Notes under the pieces: generated by a model | The model's input: the letters and a program-made list of their open reading frames with translations, nothing else | Databases searched by the model: none | Told to the model about the DNA's origin: nothing | Shown here: one piece after another, positions 13,401-26,712 of the stretch | Layout: each line of letters begins with the position of its first letter | Position numbering within the stretch: the stretch's first letter is position 1 | NCBI GenBank assembly: GCA_023213395.1 | Contig: CM041465.1 | Span: forward strand, 173,111,741 to 173,175,740 | Direction of reading: 5' to 3' | Length of the DNA stretch: 64,000 nucleotides | Source of the DNA: Cycas panzhihuaensis | Lineage: Eukaryota > Plantae > Cycadophyta | Program-made: the position numbers and the translations under genes

Positions 13401-16400
13401 AATATTTGCTTCCAGAGTACGAAGGTACTTGGAATGGACTGCAAATATTAGAATGAATAAGTTCAAGTGGAGCTTTTGCTCGAAAGGTAATATGATTCGG
13501 GAAAGGGTCCATGTGTTGTTTGCCTGTTACACAGGCTTCACAAACACCATAGACAGTTTTTAATGTAGGTAAGCCATGAACCATATCATTCTTACTTAGG
13601 TACTGGAGTTTTCCATAACTCGTATGATCGAATCTAGCATGCCAAAGCTTATTGACTGGGTCAGATTTTGCTATAAAGGTACTGAAAGTTTTGGTTTTAG
13701 AATGTTGGAGACTTGTTAAGTTGTAAAGACCTGTTTTATGATCTGTAGGTCCTGAGGCAATTAATTTAAATTTATTTAATGGTTGTTTAATAATAGATTT
13801 ATCTTTCCAAAATTCTACAACGAGATCTTTCTAGTAGATTTGATGTACTGAAAGAAGATTAGGTAATAAGCCAAGAACGTAGAATACGTCCTTAATTGAA
13901 CTATCTTTCAAAGTAACATCACCTATTCCTTTGACTTTGAGTTGGGTTCCACTCCCAAAAGAGATGTCTTCTTCAGAGTTTGAATTAGATTAATATGAAG
14001 CAAGATATTCTTGGTATCCCATTATGTGATGGGAAGCACCTAAATCGAGAATCCACAAGGGTGGTTGAGTGCTAAAAACGTTGTTGTAGAAGCAATTAGA
14101 GAATGATGAGAATTGTGAGATCGTGATTGGATCCCCTTAGAAGCTTTCTAGGCTTCAAAAGCAATTCTGTTCCTACAGACATCAATGGTGTGCCCCTTTT
14201 TATGACAGTAAGCACAACTGATGTTCTGATTAGGATTCGTATTGACAGTACTCCTTTTTGGAAATGACTGTTTAGAGGTATTCTGAGGTTTAGGTAATCC
14301 AAAATACTTAGTGTTATGATGAGGATTATTTTGAGTGGATGAACTTCTATGAGGTTTTTGAAATTTGGGATGATGATGATGATTATTTTGATAGTTATTT
14401 TGATGTTTAGATTTAGTAAATGATTGTGACTTGGAAAAAAGGGCCTATGAAGGATCTTTTAATTTTTCAGTCTGAACCAACATGTTTTGATATTCAATAA
14501 GTTGATTCGTTAATTGATCAAAAGTAATTGGTGGATGTCCTGCTTGTTACCTAACAATTTTGAAAAGATTGAAATGCTTCGGGAGTTTATTAATTGCAAA
14601 ACGAACGAGTGTATCGTCGTCTTTTGCATGTGCTACAGTGACTACTTTATCACCTACTTTTGCAAAAGATTTGATACAATTTGTTAGGTCTTTGTTAAAG
14701 AGTTGAAGTTTAGACAAGAAATATTCAATTTTAGGAAAAACTTCATAATTTAGATCATACATTTGTTGTTCTAACGGAGCTAACTGTTGTGTATCAACCC
14801 TATCATACTTTTCCTTAAGAGTTTTTTAGACAGTGGCTAGATCATTTGTTTCAGAGAACTACCTACTAATGTCTGGGGAGAGGGAGGATAGGATGGTTCC
14901 TAGGGCTCCATCACAGTTCATCAGATAGACTATATAAGCTTTTGATGTTTCGTCTTTGGGTTTTGGAAACTCGCTTGTGACATATCGCCATATCTTTTGC
15001 TGTTTAAGTTATTGGGATATTCTATTTTTTCAGTCAGCATAATTAGAGCCGATTAATACTAGAATTGGTACACTGAAGGTTGTTCCTAGCATAAGTGCCA
15101 TATTGGGAATAAAAACCGACGATTAGAGATCCTCTTAGAGGAAAAATAAAGAGATTATGACCTTTAATAGTAGGTGAATAAAGTGAATAAATCACAGAAA
15201 TAAATTCATTGATAGACGTTGAACATTAAAGTAATCTTTAAGTTAATTTGTCATTGACAGAAAATAATTTTATTGAAAGTTTGATAATCATTAATCAAAA
15301 CATATAAGATTTTTAATCAAATATTTATTAAAAACTAATCAAGAATATGACAGTTGCATATTCGTGACGTAAAATAAATCAGAAATTAAATGAAGCAATT
15401 AAATATTGCATATTTATAACATCATTTGTATTTTAAAAAAAGGTGAAATAATGATGTAATAAAGTTTATAAATTTATTAAAAAAAACATAAATAAATAAT
15501 GTTATTACTTGATGAATTAAAAAAATAATCAATTGTTTATTAAATTACGACAAGAATGTGAAGAAAATTAAGACTTAAAGATACATCCCTGAACTTACCA
15601 GGACAAAAATGAAGGCTTGACTTCGAACAAGAATTTGTTGATCAAAATGGCGTCCAAAAAACTTGAAAGACCAATCAAAGCGTCTGTGTCTAAGTCAAGA
15701 ATCCAACGCTTCTTCTAGAAGTGGATTCTAACTCCATATGAAGAAGTTATGGGGAAAACGCACAAGTACCCCCTTTTTAATTTTAAAAAAAGAAAAAAAA
15801 AAACAAGAAGTTGAAATTTTAGACCCTTTTGATTAATAGGGTCAGGTCATATGAAATGGTGATAAGACCGGGGGCCTGGCAGGTTGGGGGGCTTAGGAAC
15901 TTATAATCAAACTAAGGCAAATTTCTCAACATAAAAAAAAAGGGGTGAAATCCGTCAAAATATTTCAAATGAATTTTATCGATGTTTGCCCTAAATTTTA
16001 GGGTTCCAAAGTGTATTACTACTGTATACAGGGCGGTGGGCGAGCAAATGCAATCTCTGGTTTTCACCTACGCTTCGAGTTGGCGTCCGCTCGATGTTGC
16101 TTCATTTCTTCTCAGAGTGTCGTGGAAGCTTCAGGTGCTTTGATCTCATCATCTACATCTTCGTGAGGCACGGCACACTGATCTTTGTGATAGCAGGGCA
16201 ACGTGGGAGATAAATCCGTAGGTCACTGTAGCCTTCATTTTTGCCTGGACTTCGAATCAATCGAGTAATAACTTTAGCTTCGTCAATCAAGTAATGCCTA
16301 CATCTGAGAGCCATGAGTCTCTGGTGCGTGAGCCGTGTATGCTTTGGCAGAGCAGTCTACGGCTTCATCATGGTCTTCGTCTTGCAATTGCAATCTATGG

Positions 16401-17282
16401 CCATGTAGCATCTTTGACAGCGCGGTCTAGTTTGCAAAAAGATTGTGTAGTGTCTTTGGTGGAGCAGTCTGTTGTAGTGTTTGCTTCGTTGGCATTGTAT
16501 TTGTAGTGTGGGCCATGGATTTGGTAAGGCGTCTACGTCTTCGTGAGGCATGACACAATGCTACGATGGAGCCAAGGCAGAGAAAGCCAAGTCAGCTTCG
16601 TGAGCCGTGAGTTTGGTGGGCAGCGTCTTCCTCTTTGAGCCGCGTGAGCCTTGACTTCGTGAGTCATGGATTTGTCATCTCTGTTAGATACAAATCAAAC
16701 AATGAATGCTTTGATGTCTGGCGCTTTGCAGTCTCCGTCTTCGTTATATGCAGAACACAGTGTTGCGATGGCATTTGCGCTATGTTGCTAGAGAGCATTT
16801 AGTCTCAGTGTGTTCTGGATCTGCTTCTTCAGCCTTGTTTCAAAATCCAGTTTTAAAAACCCGTTTCAAAACCCTGCTCTGATACCATGATGGAGAGAGG
16901 GTACAAACAGTGATTCAATGTATAAATGAAAGCAAACCATTTAGGAACATAGACAGGTGCACCAGATCTGACAGGTGGAAAACCCCTTTAGGGGATAAAA
17001 AACCACCTCTGAAATAAGAATAATATTAAGATAATAATGATCAATATACATTGTAGCAAGTTAAGGATCCCATCCTCCCTCTGTGACTAATTGGACCTTC
17101 TACCTACGTACCAAGAGAATATTGTCTCCCCAATCTTCCAGCCAGCCAATGTGTGAAAGATTTTGGAATAAATGGGAGAGAAGTTCGTTGATTTGGACAG
17201 TTGGCCAAATCACTGAACTTTTGTAATAATACAATAATCTTAATTATATAATAAAAGATAACATTAGAGCTTAACGTTAACA
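10463..17282 (-). mobile_element. Element D: full-length Ty1/Copia (6.8 kb) inserted at the 3' end of C
   Basis: LTRs 10463-10861 and 16888-17282 (about 94%); TSD AATTT at 10458-10462 and 17283-17287; perfect PBS TGGTATCAGAGC at 16876-16887; PPT from 10862. Confidence 0.96.
10917..15101 (-). pseudogene. Element D gag-pol, disrupted
   Basis: Integrase ORF 12913-13584 and RT ORF 11829-12335 ([17 protein letters not shown]), plus gag, protease and RNase H remnants. Confidence 0.93.
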
Positions 17283-17287
17283 AATTT

Positions 17288-19695
17288 GAAATTTATCTTT
17301 TCTTAGAGGCTTTGTTAATATATTAGCCACCTGATCTCCTGTTGGGCAGTAGACAAGATCAATCTCCTTGTTTCGAATTTTTTCTCGAATAAAATGATGA
17401 TGTAGTTTGATGTGCTTAGTTTTGACATGAAGTATTAGATTCATGGTTAGCTTGATTATGGTTTGATTGTCATAGTAGAGTGTTGTTGGTCCCTTTTGGT
17501 GCAGATTTAGATCTGTTAGGAGCTACCTTAGCCATATTGCTTCAGGGGTTGCACTAACTGCTAACTTGTACTCTGCCTCTGTGGATGATAGAGCTATTGT
17601 AGCTTGTTTTTTGCTGCTCCAAGAGATTGGTGCTGTGCCCAAGAAGAAACAATGTCCACTGGTTGATTTCCTTTGTTCTTTATCTCCTGCTCAGTCTGAA
17701 TCACAGAATCCTATCAATTGAAGAGATTTTTCCTTTGGGAATATCAACTTCAATTATGTTGTTCCTTTTAGATATCTCAATATCTTCTCTGCAGCTTTCC
17801 AATGTTTTGTTCTAGGTTCGTGCATGTATCTTAATATTAGACTTACAAAATATGAGATGTCAGGTATGGTTGTTGTGAGATGGATTAGATTGCCAACGAG
17901 TTGCCTGTACAAGGTGGCATTAACATATGGTTCCTTCTCATCTGTGACTAGATTATAATTTACTTCCATAGGGGTGGAGCATGGATTGCATTCTTCCATT
18001 TGGAATTTTGTCAGCAAGTCTTTGATGTACTTGCTTTGCCATAAGGTGACTGAATTACCCTTTTGATCAAGTTGGATTCCCAACTAATAGTTGAGGAGGC
18101 CCAGATCAGTCATTTCAAATTTACTCTCCAGCTGATTTTTTATGTCAGATATTGCCTCTCCATCATCACCAGTGAGAATCATATCATCAATATATACCAC
18201 TATTATGCCATTCCTGTTCTTTACATACAGACTTGAGTTTGAACTGCACATGTGGAAGCCATTTTGGCAAAGATGGTTATCTAGCTTGGCATACCATGCA
18301 CGGGGAGCCTATTTCAATCCATATAGGGTCTTTTTCAATTTACAAACCAAGTATTCTTGTCCTTGTTTGATGTAACCATTAGGTTGTGACATATAGACGA
18401 CTTCTTCTATTTCATCGTTCAGAAAGGCACGTTTCACATCCAATTGGTATATCTTCTAGTTCTTTTGTGCTACTAGAGCTATCATTGTTCTTCCAGTGTC
18501 TAGTTTGGCCACAAGTGAAAAAGTTTCATCATAATCCACTCTTGTTGTTTGGGTGTAGCGCTTTGCAACTAAATCCGGCCTCATATTTTTCTACCTTCTC
18601 ATTTGCTCCCCCTTTTATTTTGTAGATCCATTTACAATTTACAACTGGCTTATTGGGTGGTAGTTCTACCAATTCCCAAGTTTGATTTCTGATGATGGAG
18701 TCCAGTTCGACATCCATGGCACTTCTCCATTCAGTGTACTCCTTTGCTTCTGCATATGACTATGGTTCTATATAGTTGTACAAGGCTCAGTGTTTTGACT
18801 CCTTGTTCTATGAGGAAGTATGTCTCCTTTCCCCTCCTCAATTATTTTGAGGTACCACTTGGCTACTCTTATTTCCTTTCTGGCCTCATCAGTCTTTGAC
18901 TCTTCAGGAGATGATTCTTCTTTTTCTGAAGTGGAATCTTTGTGAGAAGCTTGGGTTGAGATAGACTCTTCTGAAACATTTTCTGAAGTTATGCTAGATT
19001 CTTCTTCTGCAGGAGTATCTTGAGGAGCAACCTAAGGTGAACTTTCTATTATTCTGATTTGATTTGTATCTTCTTCTTCTTCTTCTTCTTCATTGAAGAT
19101 GACATCTCAACTTACATAGATCTTGTTTGTTTTTGGATATATGCATTTATAAGCTTTTGAATTCTTGCTATAGCCAATCAAAATGCATTCCAAACTTTTT
19201 GAATCAAGCCTTGTTCTTTTTTTGTCTAGTATGTTAACAAAAGCTTGACAGCCAAACACTTTCAGATGACTTACATCTAGCCTTCTTCCTATCCATGCTT
19301 CTTCTGGTGTGAGAAGGTCTACAGCCTTGGTTGGGCTCCTATTTAGTAGATAACAAGCAATGTTTACTACTTCAGCCCAATATGATTTGGGAACCCCTTT
19401 TTCATGTACCATACTATGGGCCATTTCCATAATGGCTTTGTTCTTTCTTTCTGCAACCCCATTGGATTGAGGTGTGTATGGTGTTGTGAACTACCTTCGC
19501 ATTCCATTAGCTTTGCAATATTCCAAAAATTCTTTAGAGATATACTCGCCTCTGCCATCAGATCTTATACATTTAATTTTTTCTTCAGCCTCTAGCTCTA
19601 CTTCAGCTTTGAATTCTTTGAATATATCATATACTTTTGATTTGTTGTGCAAAGAATAGACCCAGATTTTTCTGGGCAAGTCATCAATGAATGTG
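17288..19695 (-). pseudogene. Element C integrase-RT-RNase H, disrupted
   Basis: ORF fragments include YWAEVVNIACYLLNRSPT, TWELVELPPNKPVVNCKW and LYRQLVGNLIHL. Confidence 0.92.
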
Positions 19696-22600
19696 TAATT
19701 GGGGCAGTAGATGAAACCTTTTAGATCTTGGCAAAGATCTAGATCTTGAGAAGGAGGATACCCTCTTTGAAGAAGGAGAGATTGAAGGAAGGGAGAAAGG
19801 CTTTAATGCTGAAAGTACCCAGACCCAAGAAAGGGAACTAGACCTTGCCGAAAAGGTATCCCCACCAAAGGTAGGGGAAGGAACGTAGGAAGAGCTTGGC
19901 CTCCATCAGGTAGACCAAAAGACAGAGAGGATTTGGAAAGTCAGAAAATGTGTGCAAGAGGATTCCAAAGATCTAGAACAAATAAAAGCTCCAGATCTAG
20001 AAAGCGAAAAGAGAGCAGGTAGACCGTCCTCTAAAATCTTGAGAGAAAGAGAGATAGCAACTCAGATAGATCAAGGGAGTCAAAGAACCCTCAGTGATAT
20101 CGGTGGGTAGGGTCCCAAACTAAGAAGCAAAAAATGTTGAATCAAGTAGAGGGAGAAGGAGGGGGCATTATGAATCTTGCCTCCTAGAACATTAGGGGTA
20201 TGAATGGCCCCTCTAAATATAGAATGGTCAAAGAATTACATTCTAGACATGAGCTAGACATCCTTCTCTTACAGGAAACTAAACTTGAGGAGGGGAACAG
20301 GGATGTTGTTCTCAGTAAGGCATGGAGGGGAGCAGGTATGGTCGTAAGAGATGGGAACAGAGGCTCTAGCGGCTTGGCTACCTTATGGAACCCTAGAAGC
20401 TAGGAAGGGGAAATATGTACCTCTGAGGAGCACTTTCTCTCCAGTTGGTTAACGTGTAAAGAATCCAACCTAAAATGGTTGGTTACGAATGTCTATGCCC
20501 CCCTAACGTAAGACGGCAGAAAACTCCTATGGGAAAGATTGTTGGAGATCCACAAGGACTGGAGAGGCCCTTGGATGGTAGCTGGGGATATGAATATGGC
20601 CCTATCACCTACGGAAAAGAAAGGAGAGCAAAAGGGTTGGACCAAGAGCAAGCGCCTAAATCAATTTTGGATCACTCCCCATTGATCTTAAGCTTTGCCG
20701 ATAAAAAGAAGTTCATGGGATCCCCTTTTAGATTTGAGATGATGTGGACAAAGGACATGGGCCTTCATGACTTGATTGCAGACTAGTGGAAACGCTCGGT
20801 CGATGGGTGTGCAATGCTTAGATTCTCAAAAAAGTTGAAATGGGTAAAGACTCAGGTAAGAGAATGGAATAAAAGTGTCTTCCGAAACATATTTGGAACA
20901 AAAAAACCAAATCTTGGAAGATCTCAGGAGGCTGGAGGCAAAAATTCAGTAAGAAGGTAGATCTATCTTCTTAGATCAAGAAGAGAGAGGCCTCCAAGCT
21001 AAGTTGGAGGATGTCCTGGCAAAGGAAGAAATTCACTGGAGACAAAAATCTAGAGCCTTGTGGCTAGCTGAAGGCGATAGAAATACAATTTTTTTTCATA
21101 TGACCACCTTGAAACATAGGTCTTGTAATCATATCAAGATGATGATCAACAAAGAAGGTGAGGAAATAAATGATCATAAAGGGATAAAGGAGGTGGCGGT
21201 GGACCTGGATGGGAAGACGTTGAGGCTAGGAGGGAGATGTTAAACATGATTCCCAAGATTGTGGGAGAGGACTGGAACAAAGTTCTAGAAGCGCCTTTCT
21301 CTGTGGAGGAGGTCAGGAATGCAGTGTTCGGCATGAAGAAGGAGAAAGCCCCTGGCCCATACAGTTTCCCTCTGGGGTTCTTCTAGGAATATTAGGACAT
21401 TATTAAGGAGGATTTCCTTGAGGCGGTCTCTAATTTCTATAATAATGGCAGGATTCATGGGGAGTGGCAAGCCACCTTCCTGGCCTTGATTCTGAAGAAA
21501 GGAGATGAGAAAAGATGGAAGATTTTAGGCCTATAAGTTTGTGCAACGTGAAATATAAGATCTTGGCAAAAATCCTTGCCAACAGGCTAAAAAGAATTCT
21601 TCCTTTGATAATAGCTCCTAACCAAGATGGATTTGTTAAAGGGAGGCAAATCCTAGATGGTATAATTGTGGTTCATGAAACGGTTCACTCAATGTTTCAG
21701 AAGAAAGAACCTAGTATGATTGTAAAAATTGACCTTTCCAAGGCTTATGATAGGGAATCTTGGGATTGTTTAATGGAATGTATCAGAGCTTTTGGGGTTA
21801 ATGAGCATATGGGAAACTGTATAAAAAGCTGCATTGTGTGCCCGAAATTCTCAGTGTTGGTTAATGGAACGTCGACAGCCTTCTTTCCCGAGTTCAGAGG
21901 CTTGCGCCAAGGAGACTCTTTAGCACCTTATCTCTTTATCATAATGGCTGAAATGCTGGGAAGGGCCCTGGAGGATGCCAGAGGAACAGGCAAGCTAAAA
22001 GGCCTAAAACCTACGTCGAATGTGGATAACATGGTCCATCGCCATTTTGTGGACGATAATATTCTACTTCGTAAGGTTACAATCGCGAAGGCCAGAGTCT
22101 TCAAAAAAGAGTTAGTTAGGTTCGACGATGCTACTAACTAGAAGATCAACCTCAATAAGAGTAGCATCTTCTTCTTGAATACCTTGGCAAGGACCCAAGG
22201 CGTTATTAGTAGGATCCTGGGAATGCCTATTAGGAGGCTCCCCTCTTTGTATCTGGGTTTGCCCCTCTTTGTTGGTAAATTGTAGAAGGAGCTTTGGAAC
22301 CCCATTATCCATCGTATCCAAAGGAAGTTGGCGGGCTGGAAAGGGGCGCTATTGAGTCAAGCCGATAAGCTACAATTGTTGACTGCCTCTCTTTAGAGTG
22401 TTCCATCGTACATAATGTCTCTGTTTGGATGCCCGACAAAGATTGTTAGTGTCCTGGAATCTATTCAGAAAAGGTTCTTGTGGTCTGGAACAGAGGATAG
22501 AGATAGGATTCATTTTGTTGCCTAGGAGAAAGTATGCCTTCCCAAGAGAGCAGGCGGTCTCAATGTGAAAGATATTTCCTGCTTTAATAGAGCTTTGGTG

Positions 22601-24383
22601 GCGAAACTGGGTTGGAGCCTTGCTAAGGGTGAGAATAAATTCTGGTGTAGAATTATTACTCAGAAATATCTTAGACACAGAAAGTACCTGACAGACGATC
22701 TTTCTGGAAAAGAAGGCTTCGAGATCTAGAGAAGCCTTATATGTGTGAAAAGGATGCTTGCAATTGTGGTGGAGTGGAGCTTGGGGATTGAATAAAGAAT
22801 TAAAACATGGGAGGAGGTCTGGTGTGGAAGGCCCCCATTGAAGGAGAGACCTTCCTTAGAAGCTCTCCAGAAAATCTGCGAGAGGTGCTATGGGAGGAAG
22901 ATTAAAGAGTATTGGGAAACGCAAGAAAGGGGAAAATTTTGGAGAAGATTTAAGCATCTCCCCCTCGAGCATGCGGGTCGGGATCAAATCGTCTCCTTAA
23001 AATCTGAGCTCGTGAAAAACTATATTCCTAAATTCCCAAAGGATGGTGTGATGGTCTAGCCTGGGGCTCCGTCAGGGGACTACTCGGTGAGGACGATTTA
23101 TTTGGCGTTGCTCTCAAATAGAGGCTTTAGCGATAATAGAGTGCTTGGTGGAGTTTGGAATTTGGGATTAATCCCCAAGATTGCTATTTTTTGGTGGTTG
23201 TGCCTTATTAACAACTGACAATCTAAGAAAAAGAGGTTTTGTCATGGTGAGCAAATGCATCCTATGCAGGGAGGAGGAAGAGACCCTTGATCACATTATG
23301 CTTCACTGCACATACTCCAAGGAGTTATGGAAGTTGTTGTGGAATGCCCTTGGGGTTGTTTCGGTCCTTCCAGGTACGATGTGGGATTTGGCTACCTCTT
23401 GGGCATGCCCTTTTAGAAGTAGAGTTCTAAAGTCTGTTTGGTCTACATCTGTTCCAATGATGATGTGGAATCTCTTGAAAGAAAGAAATAGAAGAATTTT
23501 TCAAGATAAGCATATGGATGAGCAGAAGCTTTTTGGGATAATTTTGGGGATTGTAAAAGAGACCCTGAAGGATGAAGAGGAAAATCGGATCAACTCGAGA
23601 ATAGAAGGATTATGGAAAAATGGGGGATAAGCGTTAAGGTCAAACCAAAATCAATTAGGAGGTGTAAATGGATCCCCCCACCTGAAGGTTGGGTGAAAAT
23701 CAATTTCGATGGAGCTGCGAAAGGTAACCCTAGAGAAGCGGGGGGCGAGGGGGGTGGTGGGGTGTGTGTAGGAATGCGAAAGGGAAGGTGATATGGGCAT
23801 TCGCAGATTACTATGGCTCCCAATCCAACCATCGAGCTGAGATGGAAGCTATGTGCAAAGCGGTGGATATGATTCCGCAGGAGGGCCATGATAGGGTCAT
23901 TATTGAAGGGGACTCGTTGAATATAATTAAGTTAATAAGGGAGGAGGATGACCCAGACTAGAGATACAGAACCCGTATAAACGATGCCAAGGAGATTCTC
24001 AAGAGAAGAGCTGAAGTCAAGATGATCCACACCTACAGAGAAGGTAATGGAGTTGATGACGGGTTGGCAAACTAGGGTGTTCAGGCCAAAAGTTACGAAT
24101 GTTGGAAAGATATGATCCTTGAGGGGATTCTAGCTCTAGTTAGGAAGGACACAAAAGGGTTTGATAACAAATAGGTTTTAGATCTGGGCATGTTGGGGCA
24201 GGCTTAGTTAGCCATCGGGCTTGTCGATGGCATGGGAGGGTACGTAGTTGGGCTTAGAGGCGGGATTCAACTAGGTCGTGGGCTTGTCACGGCAGTTTTT
24301 TAAGGCCCGAGAGGCAGGTAATGTAAGGGGTTGGGGTCCCCTCCAAAACCCCCCTTAATTTAAACCTTATCAAAAAAGAAAAA
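19696..24383 (+). mobile_element. 5'-truncated L1-clade LINE with C-terminal RNase H, inserted into the integrase of C
   Basis: 18-bp TSD AAGTCATC(A/T)ATGAATGTG at 19678-19695 and 24384-24401; A-rich tail 24372-24383; ORF1 tail followed by ORF2. Confidence 0.95.
20170..24174 (+). pseudogene. LINE ORF2 (AP endonuclease, RT, zf-RVT, RNase H-like), disrupted
   Basis: Motifs S*NIRG, LLLQETK, DHSPL, FRPISLCN, KIDLSKAYD, GLRQGD, HFVDD, CILCREEEETLDHIMLHC, KINFDGAAKGNP, IIEGDS and YREGN. Confidence 0.94.
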
Positions 24384-24401
24384 AAGTCATCTATGAATGT
24401 G

Positions 24402-26032
24402 AGAAAGTATCTACATCCATTAATGGAATGTGGAGTGAGGGGTCCACATATATTTGTGTGAACTAATTCTAATTTCTTCTGGGCTCGCCACTTGCTCTCT
24501 TTAAAGGGCAGCCTGTGTTGTTTTCCTGATTGGCAACTTTTACATATAAAATTATTAGATATGATTGATGCTAGTCTACTAACTAACCCTTCCTTTTTCA
24601 TAGTTTTAAATTTATCTATGGAAAGGTGTCCATACTTCAAATGCCACATTTTATCATTATGACTTACAACGGTACATGCTTTTACATTAGGCAAAATAGG
24701 GTATGAAAGTAGCCTACAAAGGTCATTACTTTCCAACTCCTTTAGCAATTACATGGCCATTGTTTTTCATATCAAGGATATAACAAAATCCTTCTCCATC
24801 AAAGATAGTCCTTAACCCCTTTTTCCTAAGTTGCTAAATAGACAAGAGGTTCATTTTTAGATCTAGAACTAGGAGTACATTTCCAATTTTCTTGACATTG
24901 TCTTGCAATTTGACTGTTATGGTTCCCACTCCTTTTATGTTGAGCAAGTATTTGTCCCCTAGATCCATTGATCTATCTAGAGAGTATGGTTGCAGGGTTT
25001 CAAACCATTCTTCTCTGCTGGTCATTTGTCGTGATGCCCCCAAGTCGATGTACCCCATGTCTCTATCCTGAAAACTTGTCGCAAGTGTGACAATGAAGGC
25101 AATTTCCTCTTCTTCTTCTCCATCAATCTGCTCTTTGCTGTAATTTCCCACTAGATGTTTCCCTCTCTGGATGTCTGCTCTCCTAAGTGGACATTGGTAT
25201 GAAAAATGTCATGGTTGACCACAATGATAACACAAGTCAAAGGCCCTACATGAACTTGCAAAATGACCAATCTTACCACAGTTGTAACATATTCTTGGAG
25301 TTGTGCTGTGTCCTCGACCCCTTGCATCTTGCCATCTGTCTCATGATGAAGTTCAAGGTTCTGGAATTCTCCCTCTTCCTCTGCTTCGGCCACTAGGTCC
25401 CAGGTTCAATCTAGACACGAATGCATCTTCAAGTTCTCCTCAGTCTTCATACCTTTTATTTCTTTGCTCGTCTCAGCAACAACCCTGTCAGGGTATCTAA
25501 TGTCATTGTTGTTATCTAATCATTGTTGGTGATGGTATTTATTGTTACATCAAAGGATTTGGGTAGAGTTTACTAGCCAACATTTCTACTAATTCTTGAT
25601 CTGTGATTATAGCACCAGCATTGCAAAGATCATTTCTTAAGGAAATAACCTTATGAATAAATTCAATAACTGTTTCAGACTCTTTCATGTGAAGTTTAAA
25701 CAATTCTTCCTTTCAAGCCACTATCCTAGCTTTATTCTTCTGTCCATATAGGTTTTCAAACACTTCCAGATGTCAGACGTAGTGGTCAAATTCTCTACAT
25801 ATATAAGAAGTGGGTCAAAAATTGACAGTTTTAAAATTATGACTAGTGCACAGTCTCTTTCTTCCTAGTTCGTAAGGTCCGACCCAACTGCTCCAGGCTT
25901 GGCTTCTTGCCCTGTGCCAATTCTCCACGTATTCTTGGCTCTTAAGAGAGTTTCTATCTTTATTTCCCATACATGGTAATTATTGACAACGAGTTTATCA
26001 CCATCAAATAGGGCAAGAATAGAGGAGGCCAT
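24402..26032 (-). pseudogene. Element C gag-protease-integrase N-terminus, disrupted
   Basis: Starts MASSILALFDGDKL; contains two zinc knuckles, YIDLGASRQMT, WHLKYGHLS and CKSCQSGKQHR. Confidence 0.92.
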
Positions 26033-26712
26033 ATTCAGCAAAAAAACTGAGTGAAAACCCTAGTCTGTACAACTGTACGAAACTCTGTACGATACCCAGG
26101 CTGTATGGATGAGATCAAAGAATACCTCAAATGAAAGGTCTTGATGAGTAGAGCATGGATCTACAACTATTTTCCCAAAATAGTCCCTGAACTGAGAGAT
26201 ATCTGACTCAAGAAGAAAAGAAGGGCAGTTAGGTTTTTTTGAAAAACTACTTGTATTTGACAAAATACTCCAGAAAGATCTTAAAGACTGATTCCAATCT
26301 ACTTGAATATCATGTACAAAGGATTTTGATCAATTTTTGGGAGAGAAATTAGAGAATTTTTTGAAAAAATTGTGTACCTTTCTTCTTAAACCTGCGTACC
26401 TGCAAAACTAGGTAAAACCCCTTCAAATTGGTCTTTGATGAACTCGACGTAGAAGAGAAAAAAGGACGGGGAAGACGAGATCTAGCTTCTGGCCAAGTTT
26501 CGTCTCATTCTAAGACCTTCAAAATTTTTGATTCGTATAACTGTACAGTTCTGTACCAATTCATACGATTCTGGACTTCCTCTGTCAGGGCCTTCTTCTC
26601 CTTGACTATACTTTGACTTTGTATAACGACTTTCCTCCTTGACTGGTTTGATCCTGAAATGAACCAAAGAACTCCTTATCTTAGGAAAAATGCCTCTTCC
26701 ATAGACTGTCTT

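Noticed and set aside
23640-24100. RNase H domain as a captured host gene
   Set aside because: It lies within the TSD-bounded LINE, and RNase H-bearing plant L1 elements are well known.
8737-26410. AG|GT recursive splice-like sites on the minus strand (about 8741, 14550, 26399)
   Set aside because: They lie inside TE sequence at about chance frequency and cannot be supported without RNA data.
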